From positions 14,880,001-14,944,000 of the forward strand of contig NC_083292.1 in NCBI RefSeq assembly GCF_963506605.1: 64,000 bases of DNA. The letters are read 5' to 3'. Of this stretch, positions 17,301-29,400 are shown one piece after another. The DNA comes from Zootoca vivipara (taxonomy: Eukaryota). How positions within the stretch are numbered: the first letter of the stretch is position 1; the number at the start of each line of letters is the position of its first letter. The notes beneath the pieces are model-generated. The model saw only the letters and a list, made by a program, of their open reading frames with translations. It had not been told where the DNA came from and searched no databases. A program made the translations under genes and the position numbers.

Positions 17301-19772
17301 ACAGTAATGAGAGCACCTTGGAATTAGGTCCAGAATAAGGCTGGGCGATATATTGATATATCATCCAAAACCAGTTTGAAGTCCATATTGTGGCAATCTG
17401 TTTCAAAAAATTTGCCCTGGCAATATATCGTGAATTGTGTGTGTGTGCTATGCAAAAATCAGGATGCAGGAAAAACCATGAAGCCAGCCGATGCCTCTAG
17501 ATAGCTTCATCCTTATTCCAGACATTGTGATATATAGGTATTTCGCGATGTTTAGCTGGTGATATATCACAATGTTGAAAAACCATGTATCGCCCAGCCC
17601 TAGTCTAGAAGCAAACTGGCACCCAATGCAGCAGTTTTAAAAACAGATTGTGTGTGTTCTAAAAGGAACCCATAATCCTTCAGAATGGACAGGGTGGCAG
17701 CCCCCTTTGCCATGGTCCCAGGTGAGAGCAAAACCAATCCGGAAGCAGAACAGTGAGCAAATCAACGGGAAAGGATACTGTCATGAGAAACCCTCCAAAG
17801 AGGAACATGAAGATGAAATCTGCAGTCCTTCCGCGGAAAGAGCCTTCTTCCAGCATCCGGCAGTATCTATACCTGTCAGCAGGCAGCAATGGAGGAAGGT
17901 AGTAAAGGAAACTAACAGATGGATGGATTACTAGGCAGAATGATGGCCCTAGGGCTAATGCAGACACAAGTCATTTCACCGCAAAAACAGCCACTTGGGC
18001 AAGGGCAAGGGAGGCAGATCCGAACCAAACCACAGAGCCTTTTACCTTGAGGGCAGAAGGTTGCCCAGCAATCTGCAGAGACTAAGTCCATAGAGGCAAC
18101 ACCTCTGGCCCTGCTGCAGCACAGTGTGAAGTTCGCCAGGGATTTGGCTTCAGAAGGACTGGAGATTCATTTGAAAACAATAGCAACTTGCATACCCTAA
18201 CCCTAACCCTGAGCAGACCTTGGCTAGAGGGCAGCAGGACATACGTGGAACTCCTCCTTTTTGGGGTGATCTCATCATCATCCATTCATCTCAGCAACGC
18301 CCTGCTCCAAAAGTATGAGGGAGGTGGGGTCTGAATACCCCTATTACTGTGGCACAGATCAAATGCTCTCCATCTATTCCAGTTCCTGACTTGGGCCAGG
18401 CTTCCTTCTAGCAAGCTGAGATTTGCCTTGTTTCCCATCTGAGCTGTGCAGCTAGGTGGGTTTCCTAGGCCTGGGAAGAAAATTCCCACCAAAACCCAAA
18501 TTCTGAGTGTTTAATTTTACATCTTGGACCAGATTTGATACTTTGCACTACAGTTTAATGTGGTAGCTTGTGTGCTGCTATTTAACATATGCAGCCCTCG
18601 TTTCCCTCCAAGTCTATGAACTGGGGTATAGTCCTTGCTCACATGTTCTAGGTGGGCCACATGGTCAGAAACTGCTGTGAGAGCTGCAGCTAAGAGACCA
18701 TAAGAATTTTGGCACTTGTTACATTTAGGATTCTGCTCTCCAGCTGCTTTTTTGTCGTTGTTGTTGTTTACCCATGCAGACCTGCAGAGGCAAAGGGCAG
18801 GTCATGCTGCTGTCAGGATAAGCCAAGAACACTTTTTGAAAGGGGCAGAGAGAGAGCAAAAAAAAAGTAGTCAGGGTCAAAGGATACAGGAATATCATGT
18901 TGAAGAAGAAGCTGAATCCCAGCGGCCCGAAAAACAGGAAGTTGGTGATGAGCCGCCAGATCTGCAAGAAAAGGGAGAAAGATAAGAGCATCAGGTGGCC
19001 AAATACAGCACCAACCCCAGCCTCCTCCACCAGATGCACACACAAGTCTTCTTGCCTGTTGCTCGCTTCCACCAACACTTCCTGTCCCCAGAAATGGGTC
19101 CTTTCTAAGGTGAGCATGGGTCTGCCAAACAGCCACTGCAAACACATCCTGCCCTGAGGCTGGTAAGCAAACGGGGCAGGGGCAGGCCTCACCTGGAACT
19201 TCCTGAAAATGAGATCCGGATTGAAATACAGCTGGAAAGGCGTGATGAACTCCAGTTGCTGGAAAATACAAAAAGGCAGGCGATGGCGGGCTGAGCCGGG
19301 ATCCTGGGCGCACAGCAAAGGCAGCGCCTGCCTGGCTCTGAGGCTGCCACCACTCAGAGGGGCTTTCCAGGCAGCCCTCGTCCGCCCTTCATCCCAGCTG
19401 GTTCCCAGGAGGAGGAGAGGCGTGCAATGCCGTTCTCGTGCAATCCCCACTCGGGGCAGCAGAGCCCAAGGGTTGCTGGCAAGCGAGGGAAGGGAAACCG
19501 CCACCCCAGGCCCGAGGCAAGGGCGATGGGGCTGCCTCCGCCGCCCCAGAGCCACCCTCGGGCCAGAAGGAAAATGCGTTCCATACAAGGCAGGCGGGCA
19601 TCGCACCGGGCGGGCTGTGGCTCTCCCTGTTGGATCTCCGCCTGCCTCCCTTTCTCTCCCCTCACTCCCCAGCGATTACCACGGCAGCGGTGGTGATGAC
19701 GCAGGCGGTGGTGTAGGCGCGCGTCACGGGGGGGATGCCCAGGTACTCCGCGGCGAATCCTTGGTAGGCCAT
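14349..19772 (-). CDS. DERL3: Derlin-3 (ERAD rhomboid pseudoprotease), 239 aa
   Basis: Exons 19772-19680, 19258-19193, 18961-18888, 17872-17779, 17040-16845, 15231-15141, 14454-14349 total 720 nt. Motifs [35 protein letters not shown]. Called DERL3 rather than DERL2 from its position between SMARCB1 and SLC2A11. Confidence 0.95.
15475..15713 (-). mobile_element. hAT-like MITE (parent of the 71-bp minisatellite)
   Basis: CAGGGGTCAGCAAAC terminus. Contains one copy of the unit that is tandemly repeated at 49697-50464. Confidence 0.7.
17336..17602. mobile_element. hAT-like MITE
   Basis: TIR TA(A/G)GGCTGGGCGATA, TSD GTCCAGAA / GTCTAGAA. Confidence 0.75.
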
Positions 19773-20170
19773 GGCGGGAGAACGAGGAGAACCGGGGCAA
19801 GAGCGGAAAGGGCTGCGCGCCCTTTAAGGTCGGCGCTCCCGGAGCGGCCAAGCCCCTTCGCTTGTCAAGCCATTGATAGGGCGGGGAGAGGGCGCAGGGG
19901 CGTGGCGGAAACAGAGCGCAGCCACTCAGGAGCACTCACAGGCGCACCAACCAGGAAAGGGCTGGAGGGATGCCACTCTCTATGGAGCGGGGCAGGGCAA
20001 GTAAGGAGTGACAGGTTTTGAAGCCAATGGCATTGCGCGAGTTGTGTTGTTGTGTCGGGGAAAGAAAAAGCCACGTGTCCGTGGCCGGCGGACGATCGGC
20101 CAATCAGCAAGGAGGCGTCTATTTGCTAGACTCATCCGTTGCTATGGCTGCCTCTCCGTAGGGCCACGGA
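19480..20170. promoter_or_regulatory. CpG island / DERL3 promoter
   Basis: CpG-rich, with GC boxes, CCAAT boxes and a CCACGTG element upstream of the DERL3 ATG. Confidence 0.65.
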
Positions 20171-21069
20171 GACATAAAGTGGAAGAGGCGTTTCATGGAA
20201 CGGATAGGAGATTTCCGGGCCTAACCTCTAATGGAGAAACTCTCGGAATTTCGCTGGAGGAATGGAATGCTGCGCGCACACGCTAGACATGCAAAGCACG
20301 TGGCTTAGGTGCCAAAGAATTCTGAGAACTATGGTTTGTACAGGGTGCTGGGAATTGTAGTTCTGTAAGGGGTGATCAGTTCCCAGGAGCTTTTTTGTGG
20401 GGAGGAAGGCTTGCTTCAAATGTAAAGTGTGCAGGCAGTGCAGCCCACTTCCCATCCAACCCCGCCCGCCATTGGGATATGGCCCCCAGAGGGTTCCCGG
20501 GGGAGGCGATCCGGCTCTCCAGCTGCTGCGTCTGTCTGCTGGCACTGTCTGGATCCTGCCCTCCCTCAAAGGGAAGGGAGCGGAGAGGGCCAAGAAGGGG
20601 CCGGCTGGTAGGCTTTCAACGTATGGCATATCCGCAGCCTCCGATTATTTGCTGCGGGGTGGAGGCCTGAAGGGCGGCCACATGCTGGGATGCTCACCCC
20701 TCATCCAGCAGCACCAGGCGGAGGCACAACCTCCCAAAGGGAGGCCTATGTAAAGCCCAGGTAGGCGCCCCAGAGTTGATGTGGGAAAGGAGCGCATCCT
20801 GCCTGCCAGAGGCACTAAGCAGTATCAGAAGAGGGAGGCGGCTCTGCAGTCCCGGTGGCTTTTCCCCAGCCACCGGGTCTTTAGCGGCCAGGCCAACCCT
20901 CCACCTGCAGATGCTCCCGACCCCCTTAGGACAGCCGCCGCAGTCTGCTCCTTTCTTCCAACCTGACCCTAGCGGGCCTCAACTCTCGCACCAGGTGGCT
21001 CCCGAGAGCAGCAAAGACTGAAGGCAGGTCCGTACCCAGGGCCGGCTCTAGGTATAATAAGATATAATA

Positions 21070-21585
21070 AGTACAGTATAATAAGATAAGAACCCAATGT
21101 CTCTGTTCAGACCAGGTCTCTCCATGGTTTTAAGTTTGGTAATAAGTTGCAATTCAGCAACTTCTCTTTCCAGTCTATTTCTGAAATTCTTTTGTAATAA
21201 GACAGCTACTTTGATATCTGATATAGAATGTGCTGGGAGATTGAAGTGTTCTCCTACTGGTTTCTCTGTCTTGTGATAAAGCTTTTTTAGCCATCTCACC
21301 CCTTGCTTTTTCCTGTAAGACCAATTGCAGTCCTTAACAGTCGTCAACAGGTTTACCACTCCTATCAGCCAATCACCCATTCCCACCACCCTTCTGAGTA
21401 ATACCCCTCCCCACCCTCTCACTATATATGAGGGTCTGGTGACTTCTGTTTCAGTGTATCTGAAGAAGTGTGCGTGCACACGAAAGCTCATTGACAAACT
21501 TAGTTGGTTTCTAAGGTGCTATTGGAAGGATTTTTTAAAATTTTGTTTGGACTATGGCAGACCAACACGGCTACCTACCTGTAAC
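21070..21585. mobile_element. Penelope-like element derivative: inverted GIY-YIG C-terminus joined to a 3' tail with a hammerhead motif
   Basis: [33 protein letters not shown] on the - strand. Tail ending ACCTACCTGTAAC on the + strand. Confidence 0.85.
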
Positions 21586-22457
21586 TAGAGCCTCAGTGGT
21601 AGGAAATCATTCCAGGTTCACCCAGCCCAGGAGTGTGTGTGTGTATCTGTGTGTGTATCTGTGTGTGTGAGTGATCTTTATGAGAGAGATGCTCAGTCTC
21701 CAACACTCAGGCCCAGCCCATCTGCTTCGGAAGGCAGTGTCTGCTCCTCCTCCAGGCCAGAGTGGACCAGACCTCTCTTTTACACTTCACGTGTTTAATG
21801 GTGTGCAACAGACAGCGCAGGAAACAGACGTGTAAAATTCACAGGCTGGAAAGGTGCGAAGGTCAACAGGAGCGGGAGAAGTCACACCCCAGTGGCGATG
21901 CAGCTGGCTATCAGTGAGTGACTGGGAGGTTCTTGGTGTCCTGTGCAATGATCAGTCCCCGAATGAGAAGGGATGAATAAAGAAATACGGAGCAAGCATT
22001 GTAAATGAGCCGCTTCTTCGCTTCCCGGGGTAATGGGTGACTAAATAGCTGCATTCCTGCCGCCAAAAGCCCAGGCCGACCCTGCAGGACTTTCCCTCCC
22101 AGCCCCAGTCGCCTCCTCCTCGGCCGGCTGGACTTCCAGCAGAATGAAGGCACTGCAGAAGATGGTACCGCTTGGCGCTTCTCACTTTCGCGATCCACTG
22201 ATTTCTTCCAGCGATTCCTGGAGGGGGAATCCAACAAGAGATAAGATGGGGGGCTGGGGGCGCCTTCGTGGCGCGGGAAGCAAATGGGTTGTTTATCGAG
22301 GGGTTTTCTGGGTCCAGGAACACGGGGAGGTCCAAACGTCAGATATGAGGATGCCCCGGAGCTGCTTGGAGACAGGGAGGGTCTGAGGCTGAGCCGGTTG
22401 CCTGCAGGAGGCCGAGCAGAGAAGTGTGGCCCCCTCCGGCTTGGAGGTGCTGAGTAG

Positions 22458-22604
22458 CATAGAATATCAGAATTGTAGAGCTGGAACGGGCCACCAGGGT
22501 CACCTAGTTCAACCCCTTGCAATGCAGGAAACTTTTGCCCAACTGGGACTTGAACCCACGGCCCTGAGATGAAGAGCCTCATGCTCTACCCACTGAGCTA
22601 TCCC
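22458..22604 (-). mobile_element. tRNA-Lys-derived SINE with CR1 3' tail
   Basis: GGGATAGCTCAGTGGGTAGAGCAT...GGTTCAAGTCC A/B boxes followed by a CR1-like tail. Another copy at ~46233-46380. Confidence 0.75.
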
Positions 22605-23230
22605 AACTGTCAAGTATCGCAGTAGTCGATGTAGTTTGGCAGATCCCCGTCTTCCAAAAAAAAGCAGAGATCTGTGCAGCACCCCACCACAATCAAAATG
22701 CAATTGTCTTGCTGCTGACAAAGGAAGCTGCCTTAGACTGACTCATAATGCCATGGTCTATCTAGCGCGGTATTGTCTACACAGGCCGGCAGCAGCACTA
22801 GCTCTCCACGGGAGATGCTGCCTGTGGGGGCCTTCTGCATGCAGAGCAAATGCTCTGTTGCTGAGCTTCGGCAGTTCCTTTTAGGACCCCTCCCCCAAAA
22901 GCCAGAGCTGCCAAATGGGGGCTGTCGCACTTCTGGGGCTGGGGTGGCCTGGCTTGGGGGTGGGGGGAGGTGGCTTCAGGAAAAGGCACCTGGGGAGCGA
23001 TCCTCAGTCGCAGAAGGACCGAGTGGCCGACCCAGCCCTCCCCACACGGCCACACGACCCTCTCGGTCGGATTCAGAGGAAAAGGTGCTGGGTGACCCAA
23101 AAGATGCTGTAGTGGGTGGGACCAGGCTACAGGCCATCCGGCCACACCGTCCCCCGCGAAGGGATCCCGGCTCCCACTAGGCTAGCCCCGCTGGCCTCTC
23201 TCCCAGAGGCACTCTGTTACATGCTCAGAG

Positions 23231-23320
23231 CATAGCTGTCAAATGCTCCCTTTTTTTAAGGGAAATTCCCTTATGCTGAATAGGCTTCCTCGCGAGAAAA
23301 GGGAAAGCTTGACAGCTATG
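23231..23320. mobile_element. 90-bp hAT-like MITE in the SLC2A11 promoter
   Basis: TIR CATAGCTGTCAA and perfect 8-bp TSD GCTCAGAG. Confidence 0.8.
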
Positions 23321-23468
23321 GCTCAGAGTCGCCCGTTGCGCAATGAGCCTCCGGGCTCAGCTCCAGCCAAGAAGCCCTGCCCAGAGCGGAGTCCCCGCCC
23401 ACCCTCCTCCTAGCCGGCCGGCACCTGCCGGGAGAGCCGAGGAGGGAAGCCGAGCCGGGTCGAGCAGG

Positions 23469-26400
23469 ATGCCAGACGGAGCCCCGCAGCCTCAGCAGCC
23501 ACCGCGCCGCCAGGTGAGGCCCCGCCCCGCTCGCACACCTGGCCAGGACCGCTCGGGGGCGGGGCGGGTGCTCCTGCGGGGGCTGCGTCACGCTTCCGGG
23601 GCTCCTGTGCGGGGGAGGCGACAGCGAGCAACCCCCGGCGATCGGATATTTCCAAGGGTCCTTCCTCCCGACCCTCTCGCCTCCTGCCCAGACCGGCAGC
23701 CCATCTCTCCAGGGACAGGTCCCCTGCGGCGGGGAGGGAGCCTTTGGCTCGCTGGGTGGCCCCGCCAGCCGCACGGCCCGGGAGGTGACCGGAGAGTCCG
23801 GCACAGCGTGCCCGGCCGAGTGGCAGCGACAGGTGAAGCGGAGACTCTTCCGACTCTAACCGGCATGCCTGCAGTCTTTCCGTCTCTAACCGGCATGCCT
23901 GCAGCTCTGGCTCCGGGGACAAGCGGGGGGGGGGTTTCCTTCCATGCTTTTTGCCCTGCCCAGCCAGGCTGGCTGGAGCTACCGGCCGCTCAACAAATTA
24001 AATTTGGAAACATGCCCAAATGCAGGAATCTGTAAACAAATATAATTGCAGAATATCATGAATCGCAGAAGATTATAAAGATTAAATATTTTTATCTTCC
24101 ACTTAGAAAAGCTGTTATCCACCAATATTGTTGTTGTATCTGCTTTTTTTTTCTAAATTCAATTAATGTATAATTTTTCCCTTCTATCTGGACCATCTCT
24201 TTAACTAATCACTCCAGGAAGCGTCTGCATCAAGACTTAACTTCCAAATTTTGCTCAGCACTCTTTTCTAATTACTGGCACGTTTGTTTTTTCCATTTTT
24301 GGGCCAATTAACATATTGGCAATAACTATTAAATTCTGTATGAATTCCTTATTCTTGATTTGTTTCAATAAAACCAAATGTTCCAATAAAACTCTTAAAA
24401 AGCGTATTGGCAGGATTGCTGGAATAACCTGCAGTTTTATATATTCAAAGTAGATGAATAAATGAGCAAATTAAGTTAATTTGGATATGTAGAAGATATT
24501 AAAAATAAATTTAAGGAACCGAAGAAAGAGGGGGAAGAAAGTCAAGATTTGAAATGTTAAGATGATTGTAAAACTAGTGAAATGTATAATAAACCTGAAA
24601 AGGATAAATAAAATAATGATTTAAAAACTCTTTTTAAAGAGTTACCAATGAAATTGTTAATCTTATTGCCAGCCACCGCTTTGCGTTTATCAAAGCAAGG
24701 TTCAATACCTTTCCCTCCAAGGGCCGAGTCTCAGTATTATGTTCCTGTAACAACCAGTCGATAGAATCCCACCAGCACATAGTTTTTACTTGCCCCCTGT
24801 ATAGTGCTGTCAGGAGAAATCTACTGAGTCCATTAATCCAAAAATTCTCTGGACTTCCAGCAGAGACTCTCCTCGCCCTATTACTGCAAGACACTGATTC
24901 TTTTGTAACCTTGCAAGTGGCAAGATTTCTAACTGCTGTTCTGTCCTATAAGAGGCGAAATGGACTGTTATATGAATCCTGAAATCTTTTATCACATGGC
25001 TTCTTTTATTCTTATATTACCTGAAGTACTATATTTTCAACCTTATATTTATTTGTATTGATTGTATCTCTTTTTTTACTGACTGTAAAGCAAGCATGTC
25101 TTGTTGTACGGTATTTATTTTATGCTGTGTGAGCTTATAGCTGTAATAAATCTGATCTGATCTGAAATTGTTAATCTCTTTTCCCAAAATCTTTAATTTA
25201 ATGGGTGTATGCCTTTCGTTACCCACAACTCCCAACATTTACTATCTCATATGGTATACATTTTATTCAGTCTCTGTGATGTCTCATGTCCCAATGGTAA
25301 AAGCAGTTTAGAACGATTTTATCTTATGTTTATGCTGAGGAATTGCAATGGTCCCAAATTAAAGATTCCCTGCCCAACTTTTGTTCCATTTCTCTCAAAA
25401 ATTTGTACCGTGTTGTAGATTTAAGGTACATAATCTTGGGATAGAAGAAAACACTTTTAAAAAATGTAAAAAAAAAACAACAACCAGCCTGCTGGATATC
25501 ACAAGCCAATGGGGACTCATCTAGTCCAGCATCCTATTCTTGGGGGGGGGGGGGGCAATCCAGATTCCTGTGGGAAGCCAACTGTTACAAGCAGGACCTG
25601 AGCTCAACTCTGCCCATCTGTAATTCCCAGCAAGCATTTACTGCTCTGACCATGAAGGCAGAGTTGAGCTATTATGACTAGTAGCCACCGCTAGCCCTCG
25701 CACAGATTTGCCTAATTCTCTTTTAAAGCCATGTAAGGTTTGTGGCAGTCACTGCATCCTTTGGGAGCAAGTTCCACAGTCTATAGACTGCATGAAGAAG
25801 GTCTTTCTTTTACTGTATTTGTCCTGAAACGTCCAACATTGAGCTTCGTTGGATGTTTCAGAGTTCTTTCTCCAAGAGAAGGAGAAAGACCTCTCTCTCT
25901 CTCTCTCTCTCTCTCTCACATTATTTTATTAGATTTTCTGTTTTACAGTTTAGAATGATCATTTTACATCCTTAAAATATCAATGACTTTTCTTCTCTTT
26001 CCATGGTTCATTTTGCATATCATAAATCCCTGCATATTTTATATAAACTAAACCATTCAGTATTCCATTATTAAAGGGCCCCTGACCATCAGGTCCAGTC
26101 GTGTCCAACTCTGGGGTTGCGGCGCTCATCTGGCTCTATAGGCCAAGGGAGCCGGCGTTTGTCCGCAGACAGCTTCCGTGTCATGTGGCCAGCATGACAA
26201 AGCTGCTTCTGGCGAACCACAGCAGCGCACAGAAACACCGTTTACCTTCCCGTCGGACCGGTCCCTATTTATCTACTTGCACTTTGATGTGCTTTCGAAC
26301 TGCTAGGTGGGCAGGAGCTGGGACCGAGCAACGGGAGCTCACCCCGTTGCAGGGATTCGAACCGCCGACCTTCTGATCAGCAAGCCCTAGGCTCTGTGGT

Positions 26401-29400
26401 TTAACCCACAGCGCCACCTGGGTCCATTATTACATCCATCAAAACTTATTTACACTATTGAATTGATCTTAATGCTGCCAAGTGTACGTTTTCAAGTGTA
26501 GACAATCCCCCCCATATATTCAATAAACATTTTCCAGTCTTCTCTAAATGTATGTTCTTCTTGTTCTCTTATTCTGTATGTTAAGTCTGCAAGTTGTCCC
26601 TATTTTGTCAACTTGTCATTCTTCTTTGGTTGGGACTTCGCTCATTTTCCATTTTGGGGCTAACAAAACATGGGCCACAGTAGGAGAAAGACTTTTCTCT
26701 ATCTCAGGGGTTGGCAAGGTTTACCTCGCCTGGGCCAGTTCACTCCAGTGGAGATCCCTCTGTGGGAGGATTGTCAGCGAGTGCGAATGCGCGTGCAATT
26801 TCCGGCTTCTGCGCAGACATAATTTCCGGTGCAGACACGATTTTCAGCGCCGCAGAAGCGAGTCCCCGCGCCACGCTGTGGCAGTTTAGCGCAGCGCGAG
26901 GGGACTCACCGAGAGAGTAGTTCGGTTCAGGGGCGGCTCGTGGGCCGGTTAAACGACCCCCGTGGGCCGCAGGTTGCCTACCCCTGCTCTATCTGCTTTC
27001 TCCGTGTCAGGCATAATTTTAAATTCCTATCATGTCGCCTCTTACTTTTCTCTGAACTGAAAAGCCACAAACGTTGCAACCCTTTTCACAGGGTAGTTGC
27101 TCCAGCGCCTTGATCATTCTGGTCAACCTTTTCCTACTCCACAATATCTGTGGCTAAAAGGCCCTTTGGGTCCCTTCCAAATCTACAGTTCTATGATTCT
27201 ATGACACAGTATCCCAAACACAGTCATATTTGTTCTTCAAATGCCATTCGTGTGCCTTCCATTGTTATCATGGGCGTAGCCAGGATTTATGTTGGGGAGG
27301 GGGGCAGAATACCCACCCATCCTTTGTTTGGCTCTCTCTAGCAGATTCGGAATGAAATCTCTCAGCGACAGAAAGTTACTTTCTTTTGACCCCAAGTGCT
27401 CAGAAAAATCTTTCTACAGTTTCTACTTTTAGTTAAGTATTTTTATTACTTTACTTGATTTGGGGAGTCGGGGTGTACGGCTACGCCCCTGATTGTTATT
27501 CCTTCTCATGTTTTCTTCTCTCTGACTTTTTGCCTGTCGTTGGGTTGGATCCATTTCAAAAACTTCACTCAGGGTGATTATAAAGTATAATCATGTTCTT
27601 ATCCTACCCGATTTGCCACTTGACCAACAATCTTAAATTCCTCATTAAAAATAAAGGATTAAAGGAAAAATCTGCCCTTGGTATTATATTCTTTCAATCA
27701 CCCCAGACCAGTTCAGTGCGTTTGCCTTGCTGTCGATCAATTTCCTTTGTATTCTTTTGTACCTTGGAAGTAATTATTGCCAGTGGAGTCTTAGCACAAC
27801 CATGTTCTAAGATGAACCACTGTGTTGCATAGGTGACTTTCAGTGACCAGGAACCTACCGTGAAATGTACAGTATTGTTTTATAAATCATTGCTATATTA
27901 GGAAATTTATATTATTCTATTTGATGCTCCTCAGTTGTGTGTTGCATGCAGAATGTTACTGGTTGAAAACCAAAGAAAGAAAGAAACGTCCTTATTCTCT
28001 GAATGTTTCTGGGTCTTCCCTCAGCTTCAAGGCCGGGTCTTGATCCTGACGGTCTGTGCTGCTGGAATTGGGGGCACATTCCAATATGGATACAACCTCA
28101 CCATCATCAATGCCCCAACCACAGTAAGTCCTTATTACCTGACAACACTTACCCCAGTTTCCCCGACTGTTAGCAGAGACCAGGCCATCTCTGTTCAGAG
28201 GGTCCTAAGGTCGTCACGTCAGTCAATGAAGTATTTTTGTTTCCTGGGGTTATATTTACAGTGGTACCTTGATTCTCAAACTTAATCCGTTCCAGAAATC
28301 CGCTCCAAAACCAAGCCGCACTTTCCCATAGAAAGCAATGCAAAATGGATTCATCCATTCCAGACTTTTAATAACAACACCTAAAGCAGCAATTTAGCAT
28401 GCATTTTACTATCTAACGAGACCATTGATCCATAAAATGAAAAGCAATAATCAATGTATTGTACTATAAAATAAATAAGACAGCATTGTAGATGGTAAAA
28501 ATTAAAACTAATTTTTTTTCTTACCTGCACTGATGATAGTCATTTTTTGGAAGGGGGGGCTCCTATCCATTTCCGCAGTCACTCAATCAATCAATCAATC
28601 AATCAGTAGCTGGACTGGGTTCCCCACAGTCACAAAAACAAATTAACCGAAAAAGCCTCAAAAACAAAAACGCAAAATAAGTAGCAAAAACAAAAGCGCC
28701 AAACTTAATCCATTCCGGAAGTCTGTTTGACTTCTGAAATGTTCAAAAACCAAGGCGCAGCTTCTGATTGGTGCAGGCGCCCTGGAAACAATAGCCAACA
28801 ACCACATTGGACGTTCGGCTTCCGAAAAACATTTGAAAACCGGAACACTTACTTCCAGGTTTTCGGCGTTTGAGAACCAAGCCGTTTGAGAACCAAGGTA
28901 CCACTGTACTTGCCCTGTGATCCTGTTAACTTGCCACGGCTTCATAGACTGAGACGGCTGGCCCCCTCTCTCAGTATTTTTTCTTTCAGGGTGCCGTCAA
29001 CGGAAACACAGGACAGAAGCTGGACAGAGAGAGGGGTTTTTTCCTTAGGGGTGAATGTAATTTTTCGTGAAGGCTCCTTTGCTCTTGTGGGTTTTGCACA
29101 CCTCCCCTCCTGAGTATTTTGCAGTGTGTTGGCCGGGTCTGCATCCTCACTTTCCTCGGGGCGGCATATGTGGCTTCCCCACCCTGGTTTTGCCATGGCG
29201 ACAGCCCTACGAGGTAGACCAGGCTCAGCGAGAGCAACTGGTGCAAGGTGACCGTGAGTGGGGTTTGAACCTGGAGGTCCCTCCTCCCCGTCCAATACTC
29301 ACCACATTAGGTCCTTGTAAAAATGATATGTCGCATGCAGCACCTGTAGAAAGACCGTAGTCTGTTTTCTCCCAACGTGACTTCAGCCTTTGCACATTGC

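Noticed and set aside
18194-18212. Interstitial telomeric repeat CCCTAA
   Set aside because: Only about three units, which is compatible with chance.
18725-20021. Long ORFs (293, 270 and 193 aa) around the DERL3 5' end
   Set aside because: Read-through of GC-rich introns or antisense frames; only the DERL3 exon parts are meaningful.
20020-20110. ERSE/UPRE element in the DERL3 promoter
   Set aside because: CCAAT and CCACG half-sites are present but not at the CCAAT-N9-CCACG or ATTGG-N-CCACG spacing.
22530-22604. tRNA-Lys gene
   Set aside because: Degenerate cloverleaf fused to a CR1-like tail and present in several copies, so it is a SINE head.
23845-23905. 30-bp tandem duplication in SLC2A11 intron 1
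   Set aside because: Simple two-copy slippage with no evidence of function.
23316-24035. 160-230 aa ORFs at the SLC2A11 CpG island
   Set aside because: Low-complexity P/R/G/A ORFs expected in GC-rich DNA. Only the part up to the donor at 23513 is plausible.
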